Shown one piece after another: positions 23,001-36,306 of a DNA stretch of 64,000 bases. The stretch covers positions 87,296,001-87,360,000 of the forward strand of contig OZ024741.1 of assembly GCA_964016885.1 (NCBI GenBank), in the 5' to 3' direction. Within the stretch, counting starts at the first letter, position 1. The number at the start of each line of letters is the position of its first letter. The translations under genes were made by a program, and so were the position numbers. Origin of the DNA: Eledone cirrhosa (Eukaryota). The notes under the pieces are model-generated. The model was not told where the DNA came from and did no database searches. It saw only the letters and a list, made by a program, of their open reading frames with translations.

Positions 23001-26000
23001 GGCGGCCAGCACAGAGATGGGGAGGGCGAGGGAGATGGCGACGACGATGACAGAGGGAGTTCGGCTCTTCCGTTTTCGGACACATTTATCAATTCTATGT
23101 CGCTGCCATCCTTATTAGGATTTACTTTTTAATTGATTTTGTTTTTGTACTTGCAAATTATTTTATTTACGCACTTATTTGCAAATATATAAGGCCAAGG
23201 TAAGTATGAAAATGAAGTTCAAATGTGTCGTGAACTTTCAGTTTTATTTCAGTTTTATTTCACATTTTCGAAATGATTTTAAATATATTTTCATCATAAG
23301 TTGATGTATATACATTTGACGATTGCATTTGGGTGATTTTGTACTTAAGAAGATCCATTTGCTGGCAATGTAAAATGTAAAAATGTGTGTATATTATATG
23401 CTAATGTATGATTGTTTCCGCAATGTATGTGAAAGTTCAGAGTGAGAAAATTTAACCTGTTTGTATTTGAAAGTGGTTCAATAAATATAAATCCAGTTGC
23501 TTACATTTAGAAATCTATTTTTTTTTTTATTTAAAAGTCTATACTTAATATATGGAATTTTTCACCTACGCGTAGCTGACATGTTTAATTTCGGTTGCGT
23601 AAGGTGCAACCTATTCTTCTGTATGCTAGGTTATATTGTAGTTCGTTATATTATTGTCCTTAAGTGTTCATACATATTTGGCGAAGGATCTGTTATTCAT
23701 GTGCTAAGAGTACACATGCTGGTAGTAACGACTGTAGGGCCAATGTAATGTCTATCTACATTTTGAGATGATGATATTAATGTGCGATACATTACTATTC
23801 CATTAACGAGCCGGGTGTGTGAACGCAAATACAACGTTCCTCGGACTTGTTTCTATTTGCATTTAGATATTACATTTGTATCAGTATGTCTGCATGTATC
23901 CGTACGTGTACTTAGATTTGTAATTGTATTTACGTTTGTAATACTCATACTGCTGTTCATCTTTACATGTGTATATGCATTTGCACCAGTGCTTGTGTTT
24001 GTGTCAGTGACTGTACTTATGTTAGTACTTGTGTTTTAATAGCATGATTATTTGAGACAGTATTTACATAATTAATTTCAGAGTTAGTATTTGGGCTTAT
24101 GTTTGTTGTACACTGCATATTGTATATTGAATGTATGCTTGTATGTATGTTTCTTTTATGTATGTTTGTAAGTATATTATTTCTATGTTGTTACCTGTGT
24201 TTGTGCTAGCAACTGTATTTGAATTTGGGTTTGTGTTTGCATGTGTTGTTGTATATATGCTTGTATCTGAATTCGTGTGTGTGGATATTTTTGCGGTTCG
24301 TAGGCTCAGTATTCGGTTAGCTTTCACTTAGTTGAAGTTAATGATGTTGGGGTTGTGTTTGATACACCCTGTGTTAGCGTGTGCATTGTAACCAGCATGA
24401 ACTATTGGTTTTGAAGTGTCTGGATGTTAGTGGGTTGTGTGCGCATAATAATAGGGCATTTATATAAAAACATTTATCTGCTCTTATATAAAGGCTCTAG
24501 TTTTGATGATTAAGCACACACACACACACATACACACACGCGCGCGCGCACACACATAAATATGTATAAATATACATACACACACACATATATATATATA
24601 AGTACCTGTGTGTACGTATATATGTGTGTATGTTTGTATATATATGTTTGTGTGTAGGTGTTTATGTATGTGTATGTGTGTTTGTGTTTATACTGTGTGT
24701 GTATGCACATATAATTGTATGCATTCTACATTTCTGGCCCACATGTCCCCTTTTTTTAATTTTACCATTTATGACGAAATTCTAAATTCTTCTCGTTCTT
24801 TATTTTTCTATTTTCCTTTTCTATTTTCTGCTTTGTAATAATTCTTTTGATTTCTATAAACGTCCTCTTCACTTATAAACTCCGCAGTTTTAATCTTATG
24901 TTCTCACAACCCGAGAAGACGTTGCTGGTGAAACTTCGAAGTCAGAGTTACCCTGTATTTCTTTCTTCTAAAATATTTAGATTCTACTTTTGCCCTTTAT
25001 TTCAGTGAATGTTACCAGCTGTTTTTAATTTAAAATTAAAAATATTAACCTCATATATACACACACAATGGAAGTGATGCGATCTCTGCGTACATGAAAG
25101 GACTCCTGTTCTTCGAGGACAGAAATCTTCCAAAGAATAATTCAGTTTCAAGTATGAGATTTTCATATCTTGTCCTCATTTTAGAAAATATTTGCTTTCT
25201 TCTTGGAGAGATCACCCACCCCCAGAACACCAGCCAACCCAGCGAATCGAACTTCACCTACACCCACATTTCTTTCGCCCATAGATTATTAGCCACATAG
25301 TTGATCTGTCTGTCACATGGAGAAAAATTAAAACATATCTAAAAATCATAGGAGAGTGAAAAGGAAAAAGAGCAGGAGAAAGAGAAGGAAAGACAACGGG
25401 AAAGAGAGGAAGTGCGAGAAGAGTGGGGAAATACGAGAAAAGAGGGAGGAGAGAGGAAGAGAGACAGACGATGGAGAGAGAGAGAGAGGGGGGGGGAGTA
25501 AAAAGGAAAGATAGAAATAGAATTAAGTATTGGTCGAATGATGAAGCAACAGCTATAAAATAGTTTGAGATATACACAAAAACTTAAATACAATTCTTGA
25601 ATTCAATCACATTATCACAATTGAAAAATAAACAACAACAAAAACAAAACAAAAATATTTGTCAACACAGGAACACTGAATAATTAAATGTGCTACGGGC
25701 TTTTATTTGTTATTTCTCTACGAGCCAATTACTGTATCGTTAAAAATAAACAGTTTAAATTTCATTTATACTATCACCTAAAGAAATGTATCAGGTGTGC
25801 AACACTTGGGTCAAACCACATATTGAACAAAACGATTGTCAGTCTATTGTATAACATTTTCATGAAACAACAAATGGAGGAGCCTTAACAAAAAAAGAAA
25901 CGAAGACTAGCATGGAAAAGAAAAAAGAAGGCAAAGTTCAAACGAAACAGCAGCTGCAAGAATTGCAGTTTTCTATTGCAGACAACGGTCCTTGCCGCAG

Positions 26001-26699
26001 GGAAATTAATATGAACGCCAGTCAAGTTGAGAAGCAGAAGAATAGAAACAGAGAGAGAGAGGGGAGGGGGAGCTTTACGCGTAGAAGAGGACATACATCG
26101 GAAGAAATAATAAATGAAAACAGAATGTTACATATAGAAAGAGAGGTTTGCGGAAAGAGCAGGATAGTTATCACCAGAAGTAATAGCAAAAGAAGTACAG
26201 AAAAAAAAAAATTATCGCAAGTCGAAATAAAAGAAAAAAGAATAGAAAGAGAGATTGCAGACAGAGGAGCAAATGAAACCAATTAAGCTGCTCTACTTTT
26301 CTGACAAATTTTGAGACAATTAAGAACAGATTCTCATGTCACATGGAAGAACGTAACTTATAATAAAGCCAAAAAAAAAACAAAAAAACTCATGACTATG
26401 GCACACCTAATGGTATTTGCAAGCTATACAGATCACTGTTCTCCAAAGAGGAGATACTAGGTAATAGAAAGTTTAATAGCTGCTATGATAAAGGAAAACT
26501 TGGAGTACCATCCCAAAGAAATCTGGAATATTTACTCCAATTAAATTCCAGCACTAGTAATGCATGCTGTGCCAAATTCAAAGATAACTCTTAATCTCAT
26601 AACTTGGCACTTTCCCTTGGTTCAATGGAAGCACAAATCAGCATTCCATATATATAATTGCTGTTTCTGTGTGAATTCTGCTTTTGCCATGCTTTGACG

Positions 26700-26841
26700 T
26701 ATAGAGTTACGGCCCTTGCCATTCTGAGTTCAAATCCCGCCGAGGTTAACTTTGCCTTTCATCCTTACGGGGTCGATAAAATAAAGTACCAGTAATACAC
26801 TGGGATAATTGCTGGCCTTGTGCCAAAAGTAGAAACAATTA
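26700..26841 (+). mobile_element. tRNA-derived SINE, 5'-truncated
   Basis: B box, body and tail as in 13043-13231. Confidence 0.85.
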
Positions 26842-27139
26842 TATCTGTGTCGATAACACAATGCGCTTTCTGTCGATAAACTACTGTGCATATATTTGCG
26901 GGGCTTTAACTCTTTCATTTTTGTTCTCTCACTATTTCCCCTTCTACCCCCCCCCCCAATTCTACTTTCTCCTTGTTTCTCTCACTCCCATTCTCTCTTC
27001 TTCTTTCTCCCATCCCTCTGTCTGTCTTTCTTCCATTAGAATCGGTAGAGATCAGACAAAATATTAACACAGATACAACATATGTGAAACTAACTCTACC
27101 TGCCATGCTTCATCTGCTGAGAAATTATACACCAGACGT

Positions 27140-27255
27140 GATGACCCCGATCTAGATGCAAACGGATTGGCCTTATTAGACTTCTGTTCTATTAATGGGC
27201 TCTCTATTATGAACACCTTTTTCCAGCTCAAAGATATCCATAAATATACATAGCA
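27140..27255 (+). pseudogene. RTE-like LINE endonuclease fragment
   Basis: PDLDANGLALLDFCSINGLSIMNTFFQLKDIHKYT. Confidence 0.68.
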
Positions 27256-27277
27256 AAATGAATAACTTTTAAAATGA

Positions 27278-27447
27278 AATAATTGTTTCTACTTTAGGCA
27301 CAAGGCCAGCAATTACCCAGTGCATTACTTTATCGACCCCGTAGGATGAAAGGCAAAGTCAACCTCGGCGGGATTTGAACTCAGATCGTAAAGGGACGTA
27401 ACTATGCTGGAAAGCATGGCGTCCGACCCTCTACCGATACTGCCAAT
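27278..27447 (-). mobile_element. tRNA-derived SINE
   Basis: Reverse complement of 13043-13231 with a small internal deletion. Confidence 0.85.
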
Positions 27448-30400
27448 ATCGTTCATGAACTAATCGAAAGACAGAAAACGTATATGAACATGTCAGTTTT
27501 ATGGGCGATGACAATGGATTGAGAATTAATTTTAGAACAGACTTTCTTCATGAAAAGGCTCCGTCATGAAAGTTTCAGTATATTTTGCACCCTCTACCCT
27601 ACTACAAAAAAGCTGGCTCTCTTATCATGTTGCTGCGCAATTTAAATAAATGAACTTCTTAATGGTTGGTAGTGAAAGAACTGTATATTTGTCTCATTGT
27701 AAGAATATTTACTGGCAGTTATAAAAGAGATTTAATTCCATACCAAGAATATCTCTAATGAAAGAACGCTAGCATTCAAGTTAAAAAACGATAATTCCTA
27801 ATGTTACCCGCCCACATAAAAACATAAATGCATCGCAAAGAGGAAATCTATTTAGCGGTGTCTGCCTCAGCCATGCTTCTGTGTGCGTTGTTCTAAGGCG
27901 TACAACGACAAAAGGAAACCTCAAAGTTCTTAGTGTCGAATAAATTTCAAGGAAATTTACTTAAAGTTGAGCAGCTATATACTAAAAATGTTGTACTTAG
28001 AACATTTCTTCAATAAACATGTTATTCTGTTTACTGAATAATTGCTTCGATGTATATTTATTTCAACTGAACTTGCTTATGGACAGCTGAATGGACAATT
28101 GATTTCTGTCTTAAATAAAAAGGTAATGTAAGTATATTAAAAGAAACATATTGCGTGAATAAAAATACTATGAATAGGTATAGCCTATATTTTTTTTATG
28201 ATTAATAAACAGTTATCGTTTTTTACGACACTGGTACTCCAGTCGTAGATGAAATGTAAATAAACCTTTTCTTCATTTCTTCAATATATTGTCCTTATAT
28301 AAGGAGATATACGAATACGTAAAGAAATAGGATAAACCATCACAAAATAAGATTTCTTGTGATTAAAGCCAAACAACTATTCTCTAATCTGGATTACAGC
28401 TGTATTTGTAATTCTTCGTAAGCAGATATCACTTCAAAAGAAAAATAGCGTTTTCAAAGTAAGCCCATGCCACTTAATATTTAGACATTTGATTTAATTA
28501 GTCAAGAATACATAAAACTTCACATAGCGAAAGTGAAGATTTATCAGGTGAAGAATATGATGCTATAAAGAAAATCTGACGGAGTGTAGCTCCAAAGATT
28601 GTTTCATGAATGCATTTTTAGGCACAGTGCATGATCTAATCATATAAAAGTTTAACTGCTTATTCTTTGAACTGTATTTTTCTAATACAAACAACATTAA
28701 ATAGATGGGGAGTGAAACAAAGAACATAGGTTGTTATGATTTTGTATCGGTACCATTTCCGTACCTACCCATGAAAAAAAGCAAATATTACAACCACAAG
28801 AAGAGTTTTTTGTATTATTACTTTCTTGGTGATAAAAAAAAATTACAATTAACAAGGCAAGTTCACATTGTTGATATTGTAAATGATGTTATGGCATTTT
28901 ATTGTTATATTTTCTATTAAATAAAACTCTTTTGTGTACCTCCTCCTTTTCAACACTTCTTTCCGGCTCTCTGTTCGTCTCTCAGAATCTCGAACTCAAA
29001 TCCTTCTGTCTTAATCTCATTTTGAAATAGCTATTCTCATTTTGAAATCTAATCTCACTTAGAAGTAGCAAGGTCTTACTTTGAACTGTTTGTAAAATTA
29101 GAACTGCAAATACTTAGATCTATTGGAACCTTCTCACACATTACGAAGTTTTGTTGCAATCTTGATTATTCATTAATTTAAATTTATTACAGGATACTCT
29201 ATTCTCTGTATGAAAATAAGTATGTATGAAAGAGGATGAAACTGTACATAATCGGCCCGCATTTTTGATATATGATATTTTGAGAGAAGTTTCACTAATT
29301 TAGATAGGAGCTTTACGTTAAATAAAAATAAAAAATAAAAAATCTAATTTGAGAATCTATTATAAAGAATTTTACTGTGAAAAACTTAGTTTGTTGTTCT
29401 AGAAAATGTAAACTTTACTCTTAAAAATTTAATTCCGAACATCAGAGATATCTTAATGTTTGAGTTATTTAGTTGCCCCCAGCGAGGTTGTCTTTAATTC
29501 ACTGTTATCACAAACAATTTCACATTGATATCGTTTTATCAAATTATCTATAAAAAAGTTTGAGCTCAAGTAATAATTATATATAATAACACAAGAAGAC
29601 ATTGCTAAAAAATCAATTGGAAAGTAAAAACAATAATACTTTAATCTTCATATTTATTATATAAAAGAAATCATTAAATAAATAATCTATGCTAGGAATA
29701 TTTTAATTCAGTTTTTGTGCAAATTTTGCGGAAATATAATCGATAGTTTAAAATGGCATCCATTACAGAAAAAGTATGATTCTCACCCAAATGGAAACAT
29801 CAAAACTAGACAACAGCGACTAATTGTTGTCATGTAGTATTATTGTCAAATTCTTACTTTTAACTAATTTGGAATTGTTTTAGAAACTTCTGCAGATAAC
29901 CACATACGTGTTCAATTGTGCATTTGTATGGCGGTGGAAGAATGTATATAGCATTAATGCATCACGCTATCTCTTATCAGCCAATGTTCACAATAATCAC
30001 GATGCCTCGTCCTTTCTCTAGAATTCCATTTCTATCTGTGTAAACCTAGAGCCATCTACGTGTAACTCTTCAAGGGGTCACTTATTGCATCGACCACCCC
30101 TGTATCTGAAGGTCTGCGGTAATCATGGATACATCCCCATCCTTCAGACAACACCGCTTATACGTACATATATACATACATAGATACATGATGGATGCCC
30201 CTGTGTTATCGAGTATGGCTACTGCACGATATACCATTAGTGATAATTATTAATTAATTCTAACGTGTTATGCCTGTGCGTGAAGATATTTTTTAAAGTG
30301 AGGAAAGACTCTGCATTGAGCCAACTCCACTCTATGAGCGACAGTAGCTATAACCCGAAAAGAAGAAAATATCAACATCATCGGTAACTACTGAGCCGCA

Positions 30401-30574
30401 GGTTTTATATCGGAGTTAACCCAGTTTCCTGAGTTGCCTTCTCCTAGAAGAATGCCCCGACATAGATACATACATACATACATACATACATACATACATA
30501 CATACATACATAAAAACATACATAAATACATACACATACACAAACAATCCGTCAAGAGTGCGTACTGTCACTTC

Positions 30575-30742
30575 TCCTGTTACTCATCTCCATGAACATA
30601 TGCGCAACCGAGTAGGAAGTGGTATCTCAGATGGTGCGAGTAGGATCAGTCGGGTGGAATTTGTAGACGACATGGTATTACTTAACTCGTCAGAAGGTGA
30701 TCTCCGACATGCACTTGATAGGTTTAATGACGAGTGCTGCAC
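30575..30742 (+). pseudogene. RTE-like reverse transcriptase fragment
   Basis: RISRVEFVDDMVLLNSSEGDLRHALDRFNDEC, a FADD-type catalytic motif in context. Confidence 0.68.
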
Positions 30743-30765
30743 GGAGAGAAAACCAGTGCTGCCAT

Positions 30766-31704
30766 ACCATTCTAAAGTATATTGGTTATCACAGGGACAC
30801 GTGTTATTAATCTTTACAAGAACAGATAAGCAAATTTTACGAAGAAAGGAATCTGCAATGTGGATTATTGAAAGAGAATGTTTATAGAAAGGCTGCATTT
30901 CTGTGTGATATGTCAAAGCAAAATGATTTGAATATTTCTTTACAAGGTAGAACTAAGTCTATATATGATATATGACAAACAATTTACGCATTTCGAAAAA
31001 AGCTATATTTTTTCAAAACACTTCTTCAAAAGGAAATTTCGTATGCAATGGTTATTGAAGTCCAGGAGAATTCATGTGAACCATCTGAAGAATACACAGC
31101 TGTTATAGACCTATTAATTATAGAATACAATGAAAGGTTCACTGGTTTTGAGAATAGTAGTATCACACACAAATTAGCTTTTCCACTTCACCTAGTTTTA
31201 ATATCTCCAAGGCTCCTAAAGAATTATTGAGCTCTCAGATGATATTATAAGATATCTTTTTGACGCTAAGAAAGATCTGATTGGGATATGGAAAATGCAA
31301 TAGTATACCCATACCTTCAGCAGCATCTACGAATAATGTTCTCTTGCTTTTCGCCAAAATCAAGACGTCTTTGAGATCACAAATAGCGGATGCCCATCTA
31401 GAGGTTCAGTTGAAATTTCGGACCTCCATGCGGCAAACAAATATTAAAATGCTTTCTTACAACATGCAGCCACAACAAAGTCATTAAAAGCTTTAAAATC
31501 AATTTTCTTTTTTAGATAATTAGTACTAAGTCATGAAAAGCTTTAAAATTAATTTTGTTTTTGTTTTTTAGATAATTAGTACATAGTAATTAGATTTTTT
31601 ACAAAATAATGTAGATTTTCAGAATATGTTTTCTTAAATGTGGCCTTATTATATTATAAGTAACTTAATGTGGCCTTTCAATCTGAAAAAGCTCCCCACT
31701 CCTT
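30766..31704 (+). mobile_element. Decayed hAT (Charlie/SPIN-like) DNA transposon, 3' part
   Basis: VYWLSQGHVL, AAFLCDM..NDLNISLQG, KIKTSLRSQIADAHLE (dimerisation domain). Ends in the TIR-like AAAAGCTCCCCACTCCT. Confidence 0.72.
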
Positions 31705-33035
31705 TATTATACCATATTATGTCATTTCTTATGTAAATTCGTACACAATACACGCTGTGCACAGCCGATGTATACTTTTGAGAATACTATGTATTCTCAA
31801 TAGCTCCCACAGGTAGCAGTGACGAGAGGATATATAGTCTTGATAAGGGGCAATAACTTCGAAACAATTGTCAATTATTTTCTACCATTGGAGCAAACGA
31901 ATGACGTCTGTCATCTAGAAAACATACACGGGTGTTGCGAGGCTGTTTGTTTGTGCCTAAAGTAAAAACAAACTAACCGAATATTAATAATCTCTATATA
32001 TATTTCTGCAATTCTGTCACAACACGTAAGGAGAGAGGAGTAGTTTGATTACCTCATACTACTCCTCGCTCTTTACGTCTGCTACCTGAGTGAATGTATG
32101 TGTGTGTAAAAGAAAGGCGAGGGTGGTGAAAAACCTATAGCAAAATAGCGGCTGGCGTTGCATTTGTTATGCTGTGTATGTGTGTATGTGTTTGTGTGAA
32201 TGTATGTGTGTGTGTTTGTGTAATGTATGTCTGGGTGTGTATTTTTGTAAGTGTGTCTGTGTTTGCATGTTTATATTTATATACTCATATACATATAAAT
32301 GTATGCATACGCAGATACACACATACGCGTCAGAGTGTTAAAATTCTGTATATATTTTATGTATGCGAAGACTGAGACATTCGTCCTGTCAATGAAGCCT
32401 GCGCATTGCATTCTATATGTGAGTGGAATTCTCAGAAGTCGTAGACTAAAATTCTAACTAGGAGACCGAATGAATCTCCGCTTCAGAGTTAAGAATAAAG
32501 TAAATAAATACAATACAGAGATAATAGAAATTAAATAAATACATACACGCATACAAATACGTACATACACAAGCATACGCGAAAACACTTACCACAGGTA
32601 TACAAAACCACACACATATAAATATGTGTGTGTGTGCGCGTGTATACAAATAAATAGATAATTAAATAAACGTATATAAATAAATAAATACGTATATAAC
32701 AAGCGCACACACATACCTACATGTAAATACACAAATGTTCGGAGACGTAAGTCAACCAAAACATGAAGTACACATATACACACACCCTACATACGTACGA
32801 ACCTGCATACTCACACAGACGCAAAACTCCCGTATACACATAACCAAACCATATCTATCAATATATAAAATTATACGCCATAACATATACAATCAAATAT
32901 ACGTACGAGAAAGTATACGTACCTTCACAAAACATACAGGTAATATATACTTACCTATGCAAATAAGTAATGGTATAAACAAAACATATACTTAGCTACC
33001 ACATCAAGGCGTAAAATATCCACGTATAGATCGTA

Positions 33036-33478
33036 CTATCCGTTAGGGTATAACGTGGGGCTGTAATACAGGAAAGTTTTGTGCAATTTATGTTTACAAG
33101 CCGAAATTGCCTCAGATTTTTTATTTAAGATGTGGTCTGTGGCGTAGAGTATTTCCAGGGCCTCAGCGGCGCAGAGGTCACATGGTCTTATATTTCCGTT
33201 ATACGATCTAGCCCTAGCTAGGATCTCCCAGTGTAACTTATATTGGGTGTGGTTGTCTTTTAGACTCCAGAGCTCCACTTGATATAGGTTGCCAGTTTTG
33301 TCGGAATGGACGTGCACGGCATTAGAATCCTTAATAGAACGAATTATATTCTTCCGGTCCTGCTGGAAGGAATTGCTCCTATTCCGAAATTTGATACTCC
33401 GTATGAGTTCCAAAAATTGAACGTGAACAAAACAGAGAGGCAGTACGAACAAAGGTTTATTAGTTTCACGCTCTTGAG
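33036..33478 (-). pseudogene. Internally deleted Naiad-like PLE: pre-RT segment fused in frame to GIY-YIG C-terminus
   Basis: LIRSIKFRNRSNSFQ..SDKTGNLYQV is joined to LWSLKD..WEILARARSY..CDLC..ILNKKSE..CKH. Confidence 0.72.
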
Positions 33479-33484
33479 AGTGGG

Positions 33485-35945
33485 GTGGTGGTGGGGAACG
33501 ACGCTTCGGGCATAAGCCCTTCTTCAGGCGAAAAGTGTGTGGGAAGAGAGTTCCAAGGGTGTGTAGGGGAGTGGGGGAGAGACATTTAGAAAAATGGGGG
33601 TGAGAGGAAACGGTACAAATGAAAATAAATATAGAAGCATAATAAAAATGAAAATAAATATGGAAGCATAATAAAAATAAAAATAAACATGAAGTAAAAC
33701 AAGTGGTGTGGGGCGTGTAGGGGTGGTGGCGGGTGGAGTGGGGAGAGGGCGGCGGGGTATCCGAGCGGGGAGGGCTGAAGGTGGGGTGTGTGTGTAGGTG
33801 TATGTGTGTGTATGTGAATGTGAGAGTTGGGGGAAGAACGGGGTTGCATGTTCAGGAAAAGGTGTGTGTGGGGTGGGGTGTAGGTCGGTGTGTGTGTGCG
33901 TGTGTGGATGGGGAGGGGTCAGAGGGGTGGGGGAGGGGAGGAGAGGATTCCGGAGGCTGAGTGTGTAAATATGTGGTGGTACGCACGTGTGTCTGGTGTT
34001 TATACGTATTGTGGATGTAGGTGGCGTGTGGGAAAAAAATGTGTTTAGTGTATGTCCGTGGGTAAGTTCCTAAGGTAATTCCGTAGAGGATGTGGTGGGA
34101 TGCTGGGTAATTTCCTTGTGATGTAATTGATTCTTGGGAGCGATGTCCAATGTGTGTAATTCGTTGTTGGGTTGGTCGGAAGAGGGGAGATGTGGGGTGC
34201 GCGCGCAACAGGAAGTGGTCAGAGGGGCAAGGCAGGAGGAGGGTTGTGTGTCTGTGTGTGCCGAGAGGTGGTCAGAGATTCAGGGCATAGCAGCAGTCGG
34301 GGAGAATGGCAGGTGGAGAAAGTCGGTGTGTCAGTGTGTGCGGAGGTGCAGTGGACAGGGGAGAGGATGGGTAGGTGTGAAAGGTGGTGGGGGGGGGGTT
34401 GTATTAGTAGAGGTGTTAGTGGGATGTGTGTGTGTGAGAAGGGGTGTGGGTGGAGCGGGGAGGGGGAGGGGGAGAGAAAGGTGTGGGGGCCGGTGGAGGG
34501 AGTGTAGTGTACTGGTGTGTGTGTGCGTGTTTGGATGAGTGTGTGTGTGGTGAAGGGGGTGTTAGTGGGTGGTGTAAGTGGGTGTGTGTGTTCGTGTGCG
34601 TGGAGTCGGGGGGTGTTAGTGGTATTAGTTGTGGGGTGGTGGGAGTGGATGTGTGGGTGTGACGGTTAGTGGTGGTAGTAGGGTGTGTGGTTAGTGTGAG
34701 TGCGTGTATATATGTACCGGTGGGTGTGTGCGTGATAAGGGGAGAGGGGGAGAAGAAAGGAGGGATGTTAGTATTGTTAGTTGGGGAAGGGTGGTCGGGT
34801 GTGGGGGTGTTAGTATTGTTAGTTGTGGGGTGGGCGGTGAAAAGGAGGGGTGTGTTAGTGGTGTTAGTGGGGGATATGTGTGGGGGGAGGGGGAGTAAAC
34901 AGGGCGGTCGAAGGCTAAAGGAATAGGGGTGGGGAGTTCAGGCCGGGGGAGTGTGGGTCTGTAGGGTGAAGATGGTGCGTTGTTCGACCCTGAGGAGGGT
35001 GGCAGGTGTTGCGAGGCATTGGAGTAGGCCACAGACTGTGAGGTGGTGCGCGGAATGTCCGAGGGGGCCAAAGTGGCGGTCGATGGGGGAACTACCGCCG
35101 AGACGAATATCCCGGAGGTGTTCGGTAAACCTGTCCGCCAGGCGACGTCCAGTCTGTCCGACGTAGGTCGCGTTGCACTCCGTGCAGCGAAGTCCATAGA
35201 CTAGGTTGGAGGAGGTGCAGCAGAAGGCGTGCCGGACAGAGAGAGAGTGGCCATTGGGACCCTGGAAGGTGGTGGTATTGGTGATGTGGGGACAGGTGTT
35301 GCAACGAGGCCTGGAACAGGGGAGGGAACCGGTGGGGGGGGGAGCTGCGGACGAGGAGGGTGCGGAGATTGCGTGCGCGTTTGAAGGAGGGGAGTGGTGG
35401 GGCTGGGAAGATGTGGGAGGTGGAGGGGTCGGACTGGAGGCGTCGGAAGAGGCGGAGGATGGTGCGGTGGAGGGGTAGGGTGGAGGGGTGGTAGGTGATG
35501 GGAAAGGGGAGACGGTGGGTGGGTGTGCGGTGGCATGGGGTGAGGGTGGTGGAGCGGTGGACAGCACGGGCGCGGGTAAGAAATGGCTGACTAGGGAAAG
35601 GGCCTGGGACTCAAAGTCAGCATCTCGGCTACAGAGGCGGCGGATCCTGAGGAGTTGGGTGTAGAGAATAGAGTGTTTAATGTGTGTAGGTTGGGAAGAG
35701 GTGAAGTCGAGGTAGGAGTGGGAGTCGGTGGGTTTAAAGAAGGCGGATGTGACGAAGGAGTGGTGGGAGGGGTCGAAGGCGACGGAGATGTCTAAGAAGT
35801 GGACGTGGGTGGTGGAGATAGAGGTGGTGAAGTGGAGGGTGCGGTGGAAGGAGCAGAAGAAGGAGAGAAAGGAGTCGAGCTGTTCTCGGGTGTGGGTCGT
35901 GGCTCCGATACAGTCGTCGATGTAACGACCGTACACTTCGGGCGT
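33485..35945 (-). mobile_element. GC-rich Neptune-like Penelope-like retroelement, 5'-truncated
   Basis: ORF 35944->34938 has YGRYIDD, FLDISV, FKPTDSHSYL, PCSRPRCNTCP and NLVYGLRCTECNATYVGQTGRRLADRFTEH. A long C-rich 3' UTR ends in a hammerhead-like motif, and (TA)n lies at the 5' junction. Confidence 0.85.
33495..33532 (-). ncRNA. Minimal hammerhead-like motif at PLE 3' end, probably inactive
   Basis: CTGAAGA-aGGGC ttat GCCC-GAAg-CGTC. GAAA is mutated to GAAG and stem I is poor. Confidence 0.55.
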
Positions 35946-36306
35946 ATATATATATATATATATATAAACTCGTACACCCACACTCTTAAATTATCTGGTG
36001 GTAACTCTCATAGAGAAGAACTAAACAAAACCAGGCAAAGACAAATCTGACAAATAGTATTGAGTCAATATGGAGTCACATAATATCATTATAAATTACA
36101 TATAAAACGATGTATATATCATAATATATATATCATAATATATAGTTGCAAAACGTTCATGTGCGAGTTGGAGTGTAAAAGGACTTCCACGGGCATATAA
36201 GGCATGCACTTACATTGGATGTTTGAGAGCACACACGCTATGTGCAGTGTGCACAGCGTATATTGTATACGAATTTACATAAGAAAGAGCATAATGTGGT
36301 ATAATA

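Noticed and set aside
25912-26286. 124-aa Lys/Glu/Arg-rich ORF
   Set aside because: Purine-rich low-complexity sequence with no recognisable domain. It may be a decayed LINE ORF1, but I cannot support that.
27990-28130. Possible host exon (AG...AAG|GTAATG)
   Set aside because: All three frames from the candidate acceptor contain stops and there is no supporting homology.
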